Part shown: positions 8,464 through 18,170 of the stretch, piece after piece
How the letters are laid out: every line of letters starts with the position of its first letter
Numbering within the stretch: the stretch's first letter is position 1
Source of the DNA: Eubacteriales bacterium
Lineage (GTDB): Bacteria; Bacillota; Clostridia; Oscillospirales; CAG-272
Assembly: GCA_050946195.1 (NCBI GenBank)
Contig: JBMNUI010000001.1
Span: forward strand, 2,283 to 66,282
DNA length: 64,000 nucleotides
Reading direction: 5' to 3'
Notes under the pieces: generated by a model
Database searches by the model: none
What the model was told of the DNA's origin: nothing
What the model saw: only the letters and a program-made list of their open reading frames with translations
Position numbers and translations under genes: made by a program

Positions 8464-9936
8464 ATGAACGATATACTGAACATGTCTGCGCTCCAGCTCG
8501 GTTCTGCCATAAAAAAAGGAGAGATAAGCAGCCCCGAGGTTGTCGGGATGCTGTTTGATGCCATTGAAGCAAATGACAAGGCCATAAACGCATATATCAC
8601 CCTCAACCGCGAGGCGGCGACAGCGCGCGCCCGTGAGGTCCAGAAAAAAATCCAGAGCGGCGAGCTGACCTCTCCGCTTGCAGGCGTGCCGGTTGCAATC
8701 AAGGACAATATATGCACAAAAGGGCTCAAAACCTCCTGCGCCTCAAAAATCTTAGGGGACTTCACGCCGCCCTACAACGCAACTGTCATTGAGCGGCTTG
8801 AAGCGGCAGGGGCTGTGATAGCCGGAAAACTCAATATGGATGAGTTTGCGATGGGCTCGACAAACGAGACTTCGTATTACGGCCCTGTCAAAAACCCCTG
8901 GGACACAAGCCGGGTGCCGGGAGGCTCCTCGGGCGGGGCGGCGGCCGCGGTTGCGGCGCGCGAGGCGGTCTTTGCCCTCGGCTCGGACACCGGCGGAAGC
9001 ATCCGCCAGCCGGCGGCCTATTGCGGGGTGACCGGATTTAAGCCGACCTACGGGACCGTGTCGCGCTACGGGCTTATTGCCTATGCTTCCTCGCTCGACC
9101 AGATAGGCCCGGTTGCAAAAGACGTCGCCGACTGCGCCGCGATTATGAATCTTATCTGCGGCCGTGACCCTGCCGACTCGACCTCGCTTGACATAAGCCA
9201 CCCTGACTACCTCGCCGCGCTTGACGGGGAAGTCAAGGGCATGAAAATCGGCCTGCCGCGCGAATGCTTTGAGGCGGGTCTGGACGACGATGTTGCCGAG
9301 AGAGTCAGGGCGGCTGCCGAAACCCTGCGCTCTGCGGGGGCTGTGGTCGATGAGGTAAGCCTGCCTTTCCTTGACTATGTGGTGCCGACCTATTATATCA
9401 TCTCCTCGGCAGAGGCCAGCTCGAACCTCTCGCGCTTTGACGGAATCAAGTACGGAATCCGCAGCAAGAACTACGACGGGCTCACCGATCTCTATAATGC
9501 CACGCGCAGCGAGGGATTCGGCGACGAGGTCAAAAAGCGCATCCTGCTCGGCACCTTCGTGCTCTCATCCGGGTATTATGACGCCTATTACCGCAAGGCA
9601 TTGCAGGTAAAGGCAATTATAAAAAACCACTTTGACACCATATTTGAAAAATACGACCTTATAATCTGCCCGACCTCCCCGCGGACGGCTCCGCTGCTGG
9701 GCGAAAGTCTTTCGGACCCGCTTAAAATGTATCTGTCCGATATTTTCACGGCCTCGGCCAATATCGCGGGGCTACCCGGCTTGTCGGTCCCCTGCGGTTT
9801 TGACCATGAGGGTTTGCCGGTCGGCATGCAGATTATCGGCCAGCGGCTCGGCGAGGTGAAGGTGCTCAGAGCCGGATATGCATACCAGCAGCTGACAAGC
9901 TATCACAAAACAGCTCCCGGAGGTGACCTGAAATGA
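8464..9936 (+). CDS. gatA: Amidotransferase subunit A
   Basis: Amidase signature GGSSGGAAAAVAA...GSDTGGSIRQPA. 490 aa. Confidence 0.95.
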   Translation: MNDILNMSALQLGSAIKKGEISSPEVVGMLFDAIEANDKAINAYITLNREAATARAREVQKKIQSGELTSPLAGVPVAIKDNICTKGLKTSCASKILGDFTPPYNATVIERLEAAGAVIAGKLNMDEFAMGSTNETSYYGPVKNPWDTSRVPGGSSGGAAAAVAAREAVFALGSDTGGSIRQPAAYCGVTGFKPTYGTVSRYGLIAYASSLDQIGPVAKDVADCAAIMNLICGRDPADSTSLDISHPDYLAALDGEVKGMKIGLPRECFEAGLDDDVAERVRAAAETLRSAGAVVDEVSLPFLDYVVPTYYIISSAEASSNLSRFDGIKYGIRSKNYDGLTDLYNATRSEGFGDEVKKRILLGTFVLSSGYYDAYYRKALQVKAIIKNHFDTIFEKYDLIICPTSPRTAPLLGESLSDPLKMYLSDIFTASANIAGLPGLSVPCGFDHEGLPVGMQIIGQRLGEVKVLRAGYAYQQLTSYHKTAPGGDLK

Positions 9937-11375
9937 AGTGGGAAACGATAATCGGGCTTGAGGTTCACGTCGAGCTTGCCACAAAATCAAAGATATTCTG
10001 CGGCTGTTCCACCGAGTTCGGTGGCGCGCCTAACACCCACTGCTGTCCGGTCTGCGCCGGCATGCCCGGCACGCTTCCGGTGCTCAACAAAAAAGTTCTC
10101 GAATACGCCCTGATGGCCGGCATTGCGCTGGACTGCAAAATCAACCGCTACAACAAATTCGACCGGAAAAACTACTTTTATCCCGACCTGCCTAAGGCTT
10201 ATCAGATCTCCCAGCTCTATCTTCCCTTTGCGGTCGACGGGAGGGTCGAGTATACCACGTGCTCGGGCGAGAAAAAAGTCGTCCGAATACGCGAAATACA
10301 CATGGAAGAGGACGCCGGAAAACTGATTCACTCGTCCTATGGCGACTACTCCTACCCGGACTACAACCGCTGCGGGGTTCCGCTGATTGAAATCGTATCC
10401 GAACCGGACATGAGGTGCGCCGAGGAGGCGGTAGGGTACCTCATGTGGCTCAAATCCACCTTTGAGTATATCGGCATCTCGGACGTCAAGATGGAGCAGG
10501 GCTCAATGCGTGCCGACATAAACCTGTCGGTACGCCCGGCCGGCTCCGATAAGCTCGGGGTGCGTACCGAGATGAAAAACCTCAACTCATTTAAGTCTAT
10601 CGAGCGGGCGATAATCGACGAGTCGCAGCGGCAGATAGAGCTGCTCGAGGCAGGCGGGACCGTAATTCAGGAAACCCGGAAGTGGGACGATAACAAGGGC
10701 AGGAGCTTTTCCATGCGCACAAAGGAGAACGCGCAGGACTACAGGTATTTCCCCGAGCCCGACATACCGCCGGTCCTGATTGAAGATGAGTGGCTGAAAT
10801 CGCTTGCCGGGAGCATCCCCGAGCTGGCGCATGAGAAGCGCGAGCGCTATATCAGGGAGTACGGGCTCACGGAATACGATGCGACGCTTCTGACCGAGAA
10901 AAAACAGCTTGCCGAGCTTTTTGAGCGCACCGTCACGCTTTGCAATGACCCCAAGGAGACCGCAAACTGGATGCTTGGCGACATGATGTATCTGATGAAC
11001 AGGGATTCGGTCACCGCCGAGGAGCTCAATATTGACCCTGCTCAGTTTGCCGACTTCGTTATAGCGGTAAAAAGCGGGGTAATCAACCGGACGGTCGCCA
11101 AGCCGGTGTTTGAGAAGATATTTGCCTCGCATGACTTTAATGTTGCAAAATATATTGAAGAAAACAACCTAAAGCAAATCGACGACGCCGGGCGCATCAG
11201 GGAGGCTGCGCTCGAGGTAATCGCCGGGAACCCCAAAACCGTCGAACAGTATAAAAGCGGCAAGACCAAGGTGTTTGCCTTCTTTATCGGGCAGACCATG
11301 AAAAAGCTGCACGGCAAAGCCAACCCGGCGCTGGTCAACGAGATAGTCACGGAACTGCTGAACAAAGCCGATTAA
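9933..11375 (+). CDS. gatB: Amidotransferase subunit B
   Basis: N-terminus WETIIGLEVHVELATKSKIFCGC. 480 aa. ATGA overlap with gatA. Confidence 0.95.
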   Translation: MKWETIIGLEVHVELATKSKIFCGCSTEFGGAPNTHCCPVCAGMPGTLPVLNKKVLEYALMAGIALDCKINRYNKFDRKNYFYPDLPKAYQISQLYLPFAVDGRVEYTTCSGEKKVVRIREIHMEEDAGKLIHSSYGDYSYPDYNRCGVPLIEIVSEPDMRCAEEAVGYLMWLKSTFEYIGISDVKMEQGSMRADINLSVRPAGSDKLGVRTEMKNLNSFKSIERAIIDESQRQIELLEAGGTVIQETRKWDDNKGRSFSMRTKENAQDYRYFPEPDIPPVLIEDEWLKSLAGSIPELAHEKRERYIREYGLTEYDATLLTEKKQLAELFERTVTLCNDPKETANWMLGDMMYLMNRDSVTAEELNIDPAQFADFVIAVKSGVINRTVAKPVFEKIFASHDFNVAKYIEENNLKQIDDAGRIREAALEVIAGNPKTVEQYKSGKTKVFAFFIGQTMKKLHGKANPALVNEIVTELLNKAD

Positions 11376-11396
11376 ATACAGAAAGAAGGTAGGACA

Positions 11397-12770
11397 ATGG
11401 AATTCCTTGATATCAGCAAAAAGCCCGATTTGACAGATATTTCGGCTGTTTTGGAAAAATTCAGAAACGGTGAGATAAAGAACGGGTCCCCGATTACCGT
11501 CAGGGGCACGCTGTACAGGATAAAGGAGATGAGCGGGTTTGCCTTTGTCATTGTCCGCTCGCCCCGCCTGGTCTTTCAGTGCATCTGGGATGCCGAGAAG
11601 TCGCAGTGCGATATTAAGGACTTTTCGGTTGAGGAGTGTGTGGAAATCGAGGGCACCATAGTCGCCGAGCCGCGTAGCCGGCTGGGGTTTGATATTCATA
11701 TCAAAACAATGAAGCGGCTCTCGGGCCGGGCGGCAGTCCTGCCGGTTGAGATCGGCAACGACAGGAAAATCGAGAAGCTGAATCTCAACACGCTGCTCGA
11801 CCACAGGGTGCTCACCCTGCGCAACCCCAAAGTCAGAGCGATTCTGAAAATCTGCGACGGGGTCATGTATGCTTTCAGGACCTTTTTGCGCAGCGAGGGC
11901 TTTACCGAGTTTGTAGCTCCGAAGCTGGTCAGAGCCGGCGCGGAGGGCGGCGCCGATATGTTCGAAGTGGATTACTTCGGCCGCAAGGCTTATCTTGACC
12001 AAAGCCCTCAGGTATACAAGCAGATAATGGTCGGCGTGTTCGGCAGTGTCTTTACGGTAGGGCCGGTTTTCAGGGCAGAGAAATTCAGCACCAACCGGCA
12101 TATAAACGAGTTTCAGGGGCTTGACCTTGAGATGGGGTTCATCGACTCCTTCGAGGACATCATGGCTCTTGAGGCACGCATGTTTAAGTTTATGTTCGAG
12201 ACCCTAAATGAGCAGTATGCCCCCGAGCTTGAGATGTACCTCGGGCAGGGAAAGAGGCTGCCGGAGCTTAAAACATTCCTGAAAATAAAGTTCATGGAAG
12301 CCAAAAAGCTCTTTGCCGACGCCCATCCCGGCGCCAAGGGGCAGGCAGTCCTGCTCGAGCCCGACTTTGCCCCCGAGGAGGAGAAGTGGCTCGGCGAATA
12401 CTTCAACCGTGAATACGGTTCCCCGATAGTCTTCGTGACCCACTACCCGACCGTCAAGCGCCCATTCTATACCATGGAGGACCCCGAAGACCCGACCTAC
12501 ACCCTGAGCTTTGACATGCTGCTGAACGGCCTTGAGGTCACGACCGGCGGCCAGCGCATACACGACTACGAACAGCAGGTTGAAAAAATGAAGCGCCGCC
12601 GCATGAATATCGAAGATTTCTCGGACTATCTGACAATGCACAAATACGGCATGCCGCCGCACGGCGGGCTGGGGTGCAGCCTTGAGAGAATTACGGCAAG
12701 CATCCTTGGTCTTGACACCGTAAAACGTGCCGCAGCCTTCCCGAGAGACCGCGACAGGCTCAATCCGTAG
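11397..12770 (+). CDS. aspS: Aspartyl-tRNA synthetase, archaeal/type-2 form (probably non-discriminating)
   Basis: Class IIb motifs SPQVYKQIM, FRAEKFSTNRHINEF, GGQRIH and GMPPHGGLG...FPRDRDRLNP. These match archaeal-type AspRS rather than AsnRS (which ends FPRTPRNASF in E. coli). The gene is co-oriented with gatCAB. Confidence 0.8.
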   Translation: MEFLDISKKPDLTDISAVLEKFRNGEIKNGSPITVRGTLYRIKEMSGFAFVIVRSPRLVFQCIWDAEKSQCDIKDFSVEECVEIEGTIVAEPRSRLGFDIHIKTMKRLSGRAAVLPVEIGNDRKIEKLNLNTLLDHRVLTLRNPKVRAILKICDGVMYAFRTFLRSEGFTEFVAPKLVRAGAEGGADMFEVDYFGRKAYLDQSPQVYKQIMVGVFGSVFTVGPVFRAEKFSTNRHINEFQGLDLEMGFIDSFEDIMALEARMFKFMFETLNEQYAPELEMYLGQGKRLPELKTFLKIKFMEAKKLFADAHPGAKGQAVLLEPDFAPEEEKWLGEYFNREYGSPIVFVTHYPTVKRPFYTMEDPEDPTYTLSFDMLLNGLEVTTGGQRIHDYEQQVEKMKRRRMNIEDFSDYLTMHKYGMPPHGGLGCSLERITASILGLDTVKRAAAFPRDRDRLNP

Positions 12771-12782
12771 AGTACGCATACG

Positions 12783-12812
12783 CCGGACGGGAAAAGCCCG
12801 TCCGGTAGTTGT
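12783..12812 (+). terminator. Hairpin terminator after aspS
   Basis: CCGGACGGG (12783-12791) / CCCGTCCGG (12797-12805) with a weak U-tract (TAGTTGT). Confidence 0.5.
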
Positions 12813-12843
12813 AATGTTGCGAATACATATCAATGAATAATTA

Positions 12844-12857
12844 TACAATAGGGAATT
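12844..12857. promoter_or_regulatory. Candidate ARG box (ArgR/AhrC operator)
   Basis: TGAATAATTATACA compared with the TGAAT-WWWW-ATTCA core gives one mismatch. It lies 224 nt upstream of argG. Confidence 0.3.
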
Positions 12858-13015
12858 ACACACAGAACCGCCAAATGGACGATGCAACTCACAGAAAACG
12901 GGGTTCACAGAGCAAAATATATGTGCAAGCAGGATAAACATGCACAACAAGTAGAGTCTGATGTCCGGTCAAATGCAATAAATCCCACAAACATTGAGAA
13001 ATTTCAATAAAGCTA

Positions 13016-13044
13016 TTGCAATATTATGCAGGATAGTGTAATAT
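13016..13044 (+). promoter_or_regulatory. Sigma-A-type promoter for the arg operon, overlapped by a second candidate ARG box
   Basis: TTGCAA (13016-13021), 17-bp spacer, TAATAT (13039-13044). TGCAATATTATGCA (13017-13030) resembles the Firmicute TGCAT/TGAAT-N4-ATGCA/ATTCA operator. Confidence 0.4.
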
Positions 13045-13080
13045 ATATTCATTATCAATACACAAACGGAGAGACTTGAG

Positions 13081-14310
13081 ATGGATAAGAGCAAAATAAA
13101 AAAGGTTGTGCTGGCCTATTCCGGCGGGCTTGACACCTCGATTATTATCCCGTGGCTGAAGGAGAACTACAACAACTGCGAGGTCATAGCCGTATGCGGC
13201 AACTTCGGGCAGAGTGACGAGCTGGTCGGCCTTGAGGAAAAGGCGCTCAAGACCGGCGCCTCCAAACTCTACATTGAGGACCTTGCCCGCGAGTTTCTCG
13301 AGGAGTATGTCTTCCCCTGCGTTCAGGCCGGGGCGCTTTACGAGGACTACATGCTCGGCACCGCGCTTGCGCGCCCGCCGATTGCCAAACGGGTGGCAGA
13401 GATAGCGCTGGCAGAAGGCGCCGATGCGGTCTGCCACGGCTGCACTGGGAAGGGAAACGACCAGGTGCGCTTTGAGCTGGCGATAAAGGCCTTCGCGCCC
13501 GATATGCCGATAATTGCGCCGTGGCGCGAGTGGAACATCAAGTCTCGCGACGAGGAAATAGACTATGCAGAGGCGCACGGCGTGCCGCTGAAAATCAGCC
13601 GCGAGACCAACTATTCAAAGGATAAAAACATCTGGCACCTCTCGCATGAGGGGCTTGACCTTGAGGACCCGGCAAACGAGCCGCAATATAACAAACCCGG
13701 CTTTCTTGAAATGGGGGTATCCCCCGAGGCGGCGCCCGACAAGCCGACATATGTCACGATTCACTTTGAGGCCGGCGTGCCGACTGCGGTCGACGGGGAA
13801 GTGCTCGACCCGATATCGCTTGTCAGGAAACTCAACAAGCTCGGTGGCGAGAACGGTATCGGACTGCTTGACATTGTTGAGAACCGTCTTGTCGGCATGA
13901 AGAGCCGGGGGGTTTATGAAACCCCCGGCGGTACAATCCTCTACCGCGCGCACAAGGTGCTTGAGACCATCTGCCTTGACAGAGAGACCGCCCACTACAA
14001 GGCACTGGTCGCACAGAAGCTCGGCGAACAGGTATATTACGGGCTGTGGTTTACCCCGCTTACCGAGGCGATACTTGCCTTTGTGAAATCGACCCAGAAG
14101 TATGTCACCGGCGACGTCACCCTCAAACTCTACAAGGGCAACATGATAAATGCAGGCGTAACCTCGCCTTACTCGCTCTACGACGCAGAAATAGCCACCT
14201 TCAACGAGGACAACGTCTACAACCAGAGTGACGCCACCGGATTTATAAATCTCTTCGGGCTGCAGTCAAAGATAATCGCCAAAAAGAAGAAAGGAAACAA
14301 CATTAAATAA
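13081..14310 (+). CDS. argG: Argininosuccinate synthase
   Basis: N-terminus [12 protein letters not shown] with [13 protein letters not shown]. 409 aa. Confidence 0.95.
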   Translation: MDKSKIKKVVLAYSGGLDTSIIIPWLKENYNNCEVIAVCGNFGQSDELVGLEEKALKTGASKLYIEDLAREFLEEYVFPCVQAGALYEDYMLGTALARPPIAKRVAEIALAEGADAVCHGCTGKGNDQVRFELAIKAFAPDMPIIAPWREWNIKSRDEEIDYAEAHGVPLKISRETNYSKDKNIWHLSHEGLDLEDPANEPQYNKPGFLEMGVSPEAAPDKPTYVTIHFEAGVPTAVDGEVLDPISLVRKLNKLGGENGIGLLDIVENRLVGMKSRGVYETPGGTILYRAHKVLETICLDRETAHYKALVAQKLGEQVYYGLWFTPLTEAILAFVKSTQKYVTGDVTLKLYKGNMINAGVTSPYSLYDAEIATFNEDNVYNQSDATGFINLFGLQSKIIAKKKKGNNIK

Positions 14311-14383
14311 TCGCAGGTTTTGATATTGCTACCCCGCGGCAAATTGAATGGATATATGACCCGCGAAAACTAAAAGCAAGAGG

Positions 14384-14540
14384 TTTGTGAAAGTTTTTTG
14401 AAGATTCTTAAGGAACTTTTTTGAAAAAAGTTCCTTAAGCAGGGGTTCGGGGGCAGAGCCCCCGAAGAAAAAATGGGGGTTTGGGGGCAATGCCCCCGAA
14501 GAAAAAATGAGGGCCCGAGGGCAGAGCCCCCGAAGAAAGG
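14384..14540 (+). repeat. Copy B (archetype) of the repeat family: 33-bp perfect palindrome plus 3 tandem 33-nt hairpin units
   Basis: CTTAAGGAACTTTTTT-G-AAAAAAGTTCCTTAAG (14407-14439), followed by GGGGTTCGGGGGCAGAGCCCCCGAAGAAAAAAT, GGGGGTTTGGGGGCAATGCCCCCGAAGAAAAAAT and GAGGGCCCGAGGGCAGAGCCCCCGAAGAAAGG. The last unit supplies the argH SD. Confidence 0.85.
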
Positions 14541-14551
14541 ATAGAGACATT

Positions 14552-15934
14552 ATGGCAAGTGAAAAGCTTTGGGCCGGGCTCACGGCGGGCAGGCCGGAGC
14601 GTGCGGCTGACGACTTCAACTCGTCAATTCGCTTTGACTGCCGGATGTTCAGGCAGGATATTGCCGGCTCAAAGGCGCACGCGGCCATGCTCGCACAGCA
14701 GGGATTAATCTCACAGGATGAATATCAGAAGATAAAAAGCGGACTTGAGGGTATTCTTGCCGACCTTGAGGCAGGGAAGCTTGAGTTTGACCCGCAGGCC
14801 GAGGACATACACATGTTCGTCGAGGCCGAGCTGACCCGGCGGATTGGGGAGGCCGGGAAAAAGCTGCACACCGCGCGCAGCAGAAACGACCAGGTAGCGC
14901 TTGACCTGCGGATGTACCTGAGAGATGAGGCCGGAGAGATAATAAGCCATATCAAACGGCTGATGAGAGCGATACTCGCGCAGGCCGAGGCAAACACCGA
15001 CGTGATTATGCCGAGCTACACACACCTGCAGCGCGCCCAGCCGGTTGTCTTTGCACATCACATTCTTGCATATACGAGCATGCTCAAGCGGGATATTGAC
15101 CGGATTTGTGATGCTACAGGGCGCATGAATTACTCGCCGCTCGGCTCCTGTGCGCTTGCCGGAACGACATATGACATCGACCGCGAGATGACGGCAGAGC
15201 TGCTCGGGTTCTCGGGAATAATCAGAAACAGCATTGACGGCGTGTCCGACCGCGATTTCTGCCTTGAGATGATGGGTGCGCTCTCGATACTGATGATGCA
15301 CCTCTCAAGGCTGTCCGAGGAGCTGATTCTCTGGTCGTCATGGGAATTTAAGTTCATCGAGCTTGACGACGGCTACACCACCGGCTCCAGCATCATGCCG
15401 CAGAAGAAAAACCCCGACATGGCAGAGCTGATACGCGGCAAGACCGGGCGGGTATACGGGAACCTTATCGCGCTGCTGACCACCATGAAGGGTCTGCCGC
15501 TTGCCTACAACAAGGATATGCAGGAGGACAAGGAAGCGGTCTTTGACAGCATCGACACGGTAAAGGCCTGCCTTGGCATCATGGCGCCGATGGTCGCGAC
15601 AATGAAGGTCAACCGAGAGCGGATGCACGCAGCGGCGCAGGAGGGCTTTATTAACGCCACCGACCTGGCCGACTACCTTACAAAGCGCGGCCTGCCCTTC
15701 AGGTCCGCATACAGAACCGTCGGGGAAATAGTCGCCTATGCGATAAAGAACAAAAAGGTGCTCGAGACTCTGACGCTTGAGGAGTATAAATCCTTCAGCG
15801 ATTTGTTGGAAGCAGACCTTTATTCTGAAATTGACCTTTCAAATTGTGTTGCCAGGCGGATATCGGCCGGAGGGACCGGACCCGATTCGGTCGCGGCACA
15901 GATAAAATGGCTCAGGGAGTATCTTCGCGAATGA
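14552..15934 (+). CDS. argH: Argininosuccinate lyase
   Basis: Fumarate-lyase signature GSSIMPQKKNPD. Start placed at ATG 14552 (MASEKLWAG, SD AAAGGA); the ORF-track extension to 14507 runs through the repeat. Confidence 0.95.
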   Translation: MASEKLWAGLTAGRPERAADDFNSSIRFDCRMFRQDIAGSKAHAAMLAQQGLISQDEYQKIKSGLEGILADLEAGKLEFDPQAEDIHMFVEAELTRRIGEAGKKLHTARSRNDQVALDLRMYLRDEAGEIISHIKRLMRAILAQAEANTDVIMPSYTHLQRAQPVVFAHHILAYTSMLKRDIDRICDATGRMNYSPLGSCALAGTTYDIDREMTAELLGFSGIIRNSIDGVSDRDFCLEMMGALSILMMHLSRLSEELILWSSWEFKFIELDDGYTTGSSIMPQKKNPDMAELIRGKTGRVYGNLIALLTTMKGLPLAYNKDMQEDKEAVFDSIDTVKACLGIMAPMVATMKVNRERMHAAAQEGFINATDLADYLTKRGLPFRSAYRTVGEIVAYAIKNKKVLETLTLEEYKSFSDLLEADLYSEIDLSNCVARRISAGGTGPDSVAAQIKWLREYLRE

Positions 15935-16860
15935 AAAAGATTTTTATTGACGGAGAAGCCGGCACGACCGGCCTGAGAATACACAAGCGCCTCTCGGAGA
16001 GAAGCGACATACAGCTGCTTGCAATAAAACCCGAGTTAAGAAAAGACCCTGCCGAGCGGGCAAAACTGCTCAACGAAGCAGATGTTGCATTCCTATGCCT
16101 GCCCGACGCTGCGGCGGTCGAAGCGGTGGCGCTGGTCGAAAATCCCAACACCGTGATAATCGACGCCTCAACCGCACACCGGACCTCCCCCGGCTGGGCA
16201 TACGGCTTTCCCGAACTGTCAGAGCGACACTTCGAGGCTATAAGAAAATCAAAGCGGATTGCGGTGCCGGGCTGCCACGCTGCCGGTTTCATCGCGCTTG
16301 TCTATCCCCTGATTGAGGCTGGCATACTGCCGAAGGACAAGAGGCTGACCTGCTTTTCGCTGACCGGCTACTCGGGCGGCGGCAATAAGATGATAGCCGG
16401 GTACGAAGCCGAGGGCCGCGCGCCCGAACTTGACTTCCCGCAGGTTTATGCCATCGAGCAGTGCCACAAACACCTGAAGGAAATGATGGCGATATCCGGG
16501 CTTGAGAAGGCGCCGCATTTTTCGCCGATTGTAGCCGATTACTACAGCGGCATGCTGGTGACAATCCCGCTTTTTGCCGAAATGCTGAGCGATGCCGATG
16601 TGTCTGACATCATAAAGATATATAAAAAGAAGTATAATGGCGAAATTGTACGGTATTGTGATGCGATTGACAAGGCCGGCTTCGTGTCGAGCGGGGCGCT
16701 TTCGGGATTCGATTATATGAACATATGTGTCATGGGCAACGAGGACAGAATAACACTATGTGCCCAGTTTGACAATCTCGGAAAGGGCGCCTCGGGCTCT
16801 GCGGTCGAGTGCATGAACATCGTGCTCGGACTTGACCCCAAAACCGGGCTTGTACTGTGA
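15931..16860 (+). CDS. argC: N-acetyl-gamma-glutamyl-phosphate reductase (short type-2 form)
   Basis: MKKIFIDGEAGTTGL..., active site VPGCHAAG. ATGA overlap with the argH stop. Confidence 0.9.
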   Translation: MKKIFIDGEAGTTGLRIHKRLSERSDIQLLAIKPELRKDPAERAKLLNEADVAFLCLPDAAAVEAVALVENPNTVIIDASTAHRTSPGWAYGFPELSERHFEAIRKSKRIAVPGCHAAGFIALVYPLIEAGILPKDKRLTCFSLTGYSGGGNKMIAGYEAEGRAPELDFPQVYAIEQCHKHLKEMMAISGLEKAPHFSPIVADYYSGMLVTIPLFAEMLSDADVSDIIKIYKKKYNGEIVRYCDAIDKAGFVSSGALSGFDYMNICVMGNEDRITLCAQFDNLGKGASGSAVECMNIVLGLDPKTGLVL

Positions 16861-16945
16861 ATTTACATCACAAAATGAAAAATGCTTAAAAATCTGACAA
16901 GTCTTTAATAAAAATAATAACGAAATAATCGGAGTATTTGCACAA

Positions 16946-18157
16946 ATGAAGATGATTGACGGCGGCGTCTGCGCCGCCCGGGGTTTTACGGCAAGCGGCA
17001 TTCACTGCGGAATCCGTAAAAACCGCACTAAGCGTGACCTTGCCCTGATATTCAGTGAGAAACTCGCTTCGGCTGCCGCGGTTTACACCACGAATCTGGT
17101 TTGTGGCGCGCCGATAACCGTAACAAAACAGAACATATCCGACGGGTATGCGCAGGCAATAATCTGCAACAGCGGCAACGCCAACACCTGCAACAAAGAC
17201 GGAGTTGAAATAGCCAATGAAACCTGCCGGCTGCTGGCTCGCGAGCTCGGCATATCCGAAAAGGACGTGATTGTGGCCTCTACCGGTGTAATAGGTCAAA
17301 AACTTGACATTACCCCGATAAAAGAGGGCATACCCGCGCTGGTAAAGTCGCTCGGTAAAAACAGCTCGAATGCCGCCGAGGGGATAATGACGACCGACAC
17401 CACAAAAAAGGAGGTCGCGGTCGAGTTTGAGTTAGGCGGGAAAGTCTGCCGGATGGGTGGTATCGCCAAGGGCTCGGGCATGATTCACCCCAATATGGCA
17501 ACAATGTTGGTCTTTATAACCACCGACGTAACGATTTCGCCGGCGATGCTTCAAAAAGCCCTCTCGGAAGATGTCAAAAACACTTTTAATATGATAAGCA
17601 TAGACGGCGACACCTCGACCAACGACATGGTCGCCATACTTGCCAACGGCATGGCGGGCAATCCCGAAATTCTCGACGAAGGCGAAGATTTTGAAACCTT
17701 CAAAAAGGCGCTGGGTGCCGTGACGCTGCCGCTGTGCAGAATGATTGCAGCCGACGGCGAGGGAGCCACAAAGCTGCTTGAATGCCGGGTTACAGGAGCC
17801 GCCGACGAGGAGACCGCCCGGGTTGTGGCCAGAAGCGTTATATCCTCAACGCTTGTCAAGGCTGCGATGTTCGGGGCGGATGCCAACTTCGGGCGCGTGC
17901 TCTGCGCCATAGGCTACAGCGGTGAGCAGGTTGACGTGAATAAAATTGACGTCTCGTTTTCATCTGTTGCAGGGACGGTCAAGGTCTGTGAGGACGGCGC
18001 CGCAGTCGATTTCTCCGAGGAGAAGGCCAAGGCGGTTTTGCTAAAAAAAGAAATAAACATTTTGATTGACCTAAAGAGCGGCGGCGCCGGGGCGGTTGCC
18101 TGGGGCTGCGACCTCACATATGATTATGTCAAAATCAACGGTGCCTACAGGACTTAA
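16946..18157 (+). CDS. argJ: Bifunctional ornithine acetyltransferase / N-acetylglutamate synthase
   Basis: Autoprocessing site PNMATMLVFITTD. 403 aa. Confidence 0.95.
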   Translation: MKMIDGGVCAARGFTASGIHCGIRKNRTKRDLALIFSEKLASAAAVYTTNLVCGAPITVTKQNISDGYAQAIICNSGNANTCNKDGVEIANETCRLLARELGISEKDVIVASTGVIGQKLDITPIKEGIPALVKSLGKNSSNAAEGIMTTDTTKKEVAVEFELGGKVCRMGGIAKGSGMIHPNMATMLVFITTDVTISPAMLQKALSEDVKNTFNMISIDGDTSTNDMVAILANGMAGNPEILDEGEDFETFKKALGAVTLPLCRMIAADGEGATKLLECRVTGAADEETARVVARSVISSTLVKAAMFGADANFGRVLCAIGYSGEQVDVNKIDVSFSSVAGTVKVCEDGAAVDFSEEKAKAVLLKKEINILIDLKSGGAGAVAWGCDLTYDYVKINGAYRT

Positions 18158-18170
18158 AGGAGGCAGGGCA

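Noticed and set aside
7833-8765. 310-aa minus-strand ORF spanning the T-box leader, gatC and the gatA 5' end
   Set aside because: It overlaps a well-supported riboswitch and two conserved genes. The product is low-complexity and Ser/Ala/Leu-rich. It is an antisense artefact.
11169-12101. 310-aa minus-strand ORF across the gatB/aspS junction; likewise 12204-12950 (248 aa) and 10587-11132 (181 aa)
   Set aside because: All are antisense to genes with unambiguous family motifs. They have no independent start signals or homology.
14440-14538. 33-nt periodic GC-rich repeats, considered as a possible mini-CRISPR array
   Set aside because: The units are directly abutting with no unique spacers and there are only three of them. 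No cas genes are present. Related single units are dispersed elsewhere as part of a larger modular element.
14329-14688. 119-aa minus-strand ORF (…PPNPHFFFGGSAPEPLLKELFSKKFLKNLQKTF…)
   Set aside because: It is a translation of the tandem hairpin units and the palindrome of repeat copy B plus antisense argH sequence. There is no SD. The same peptide-like strings arise wherever the repeat occurs (for example ORF 479-850).
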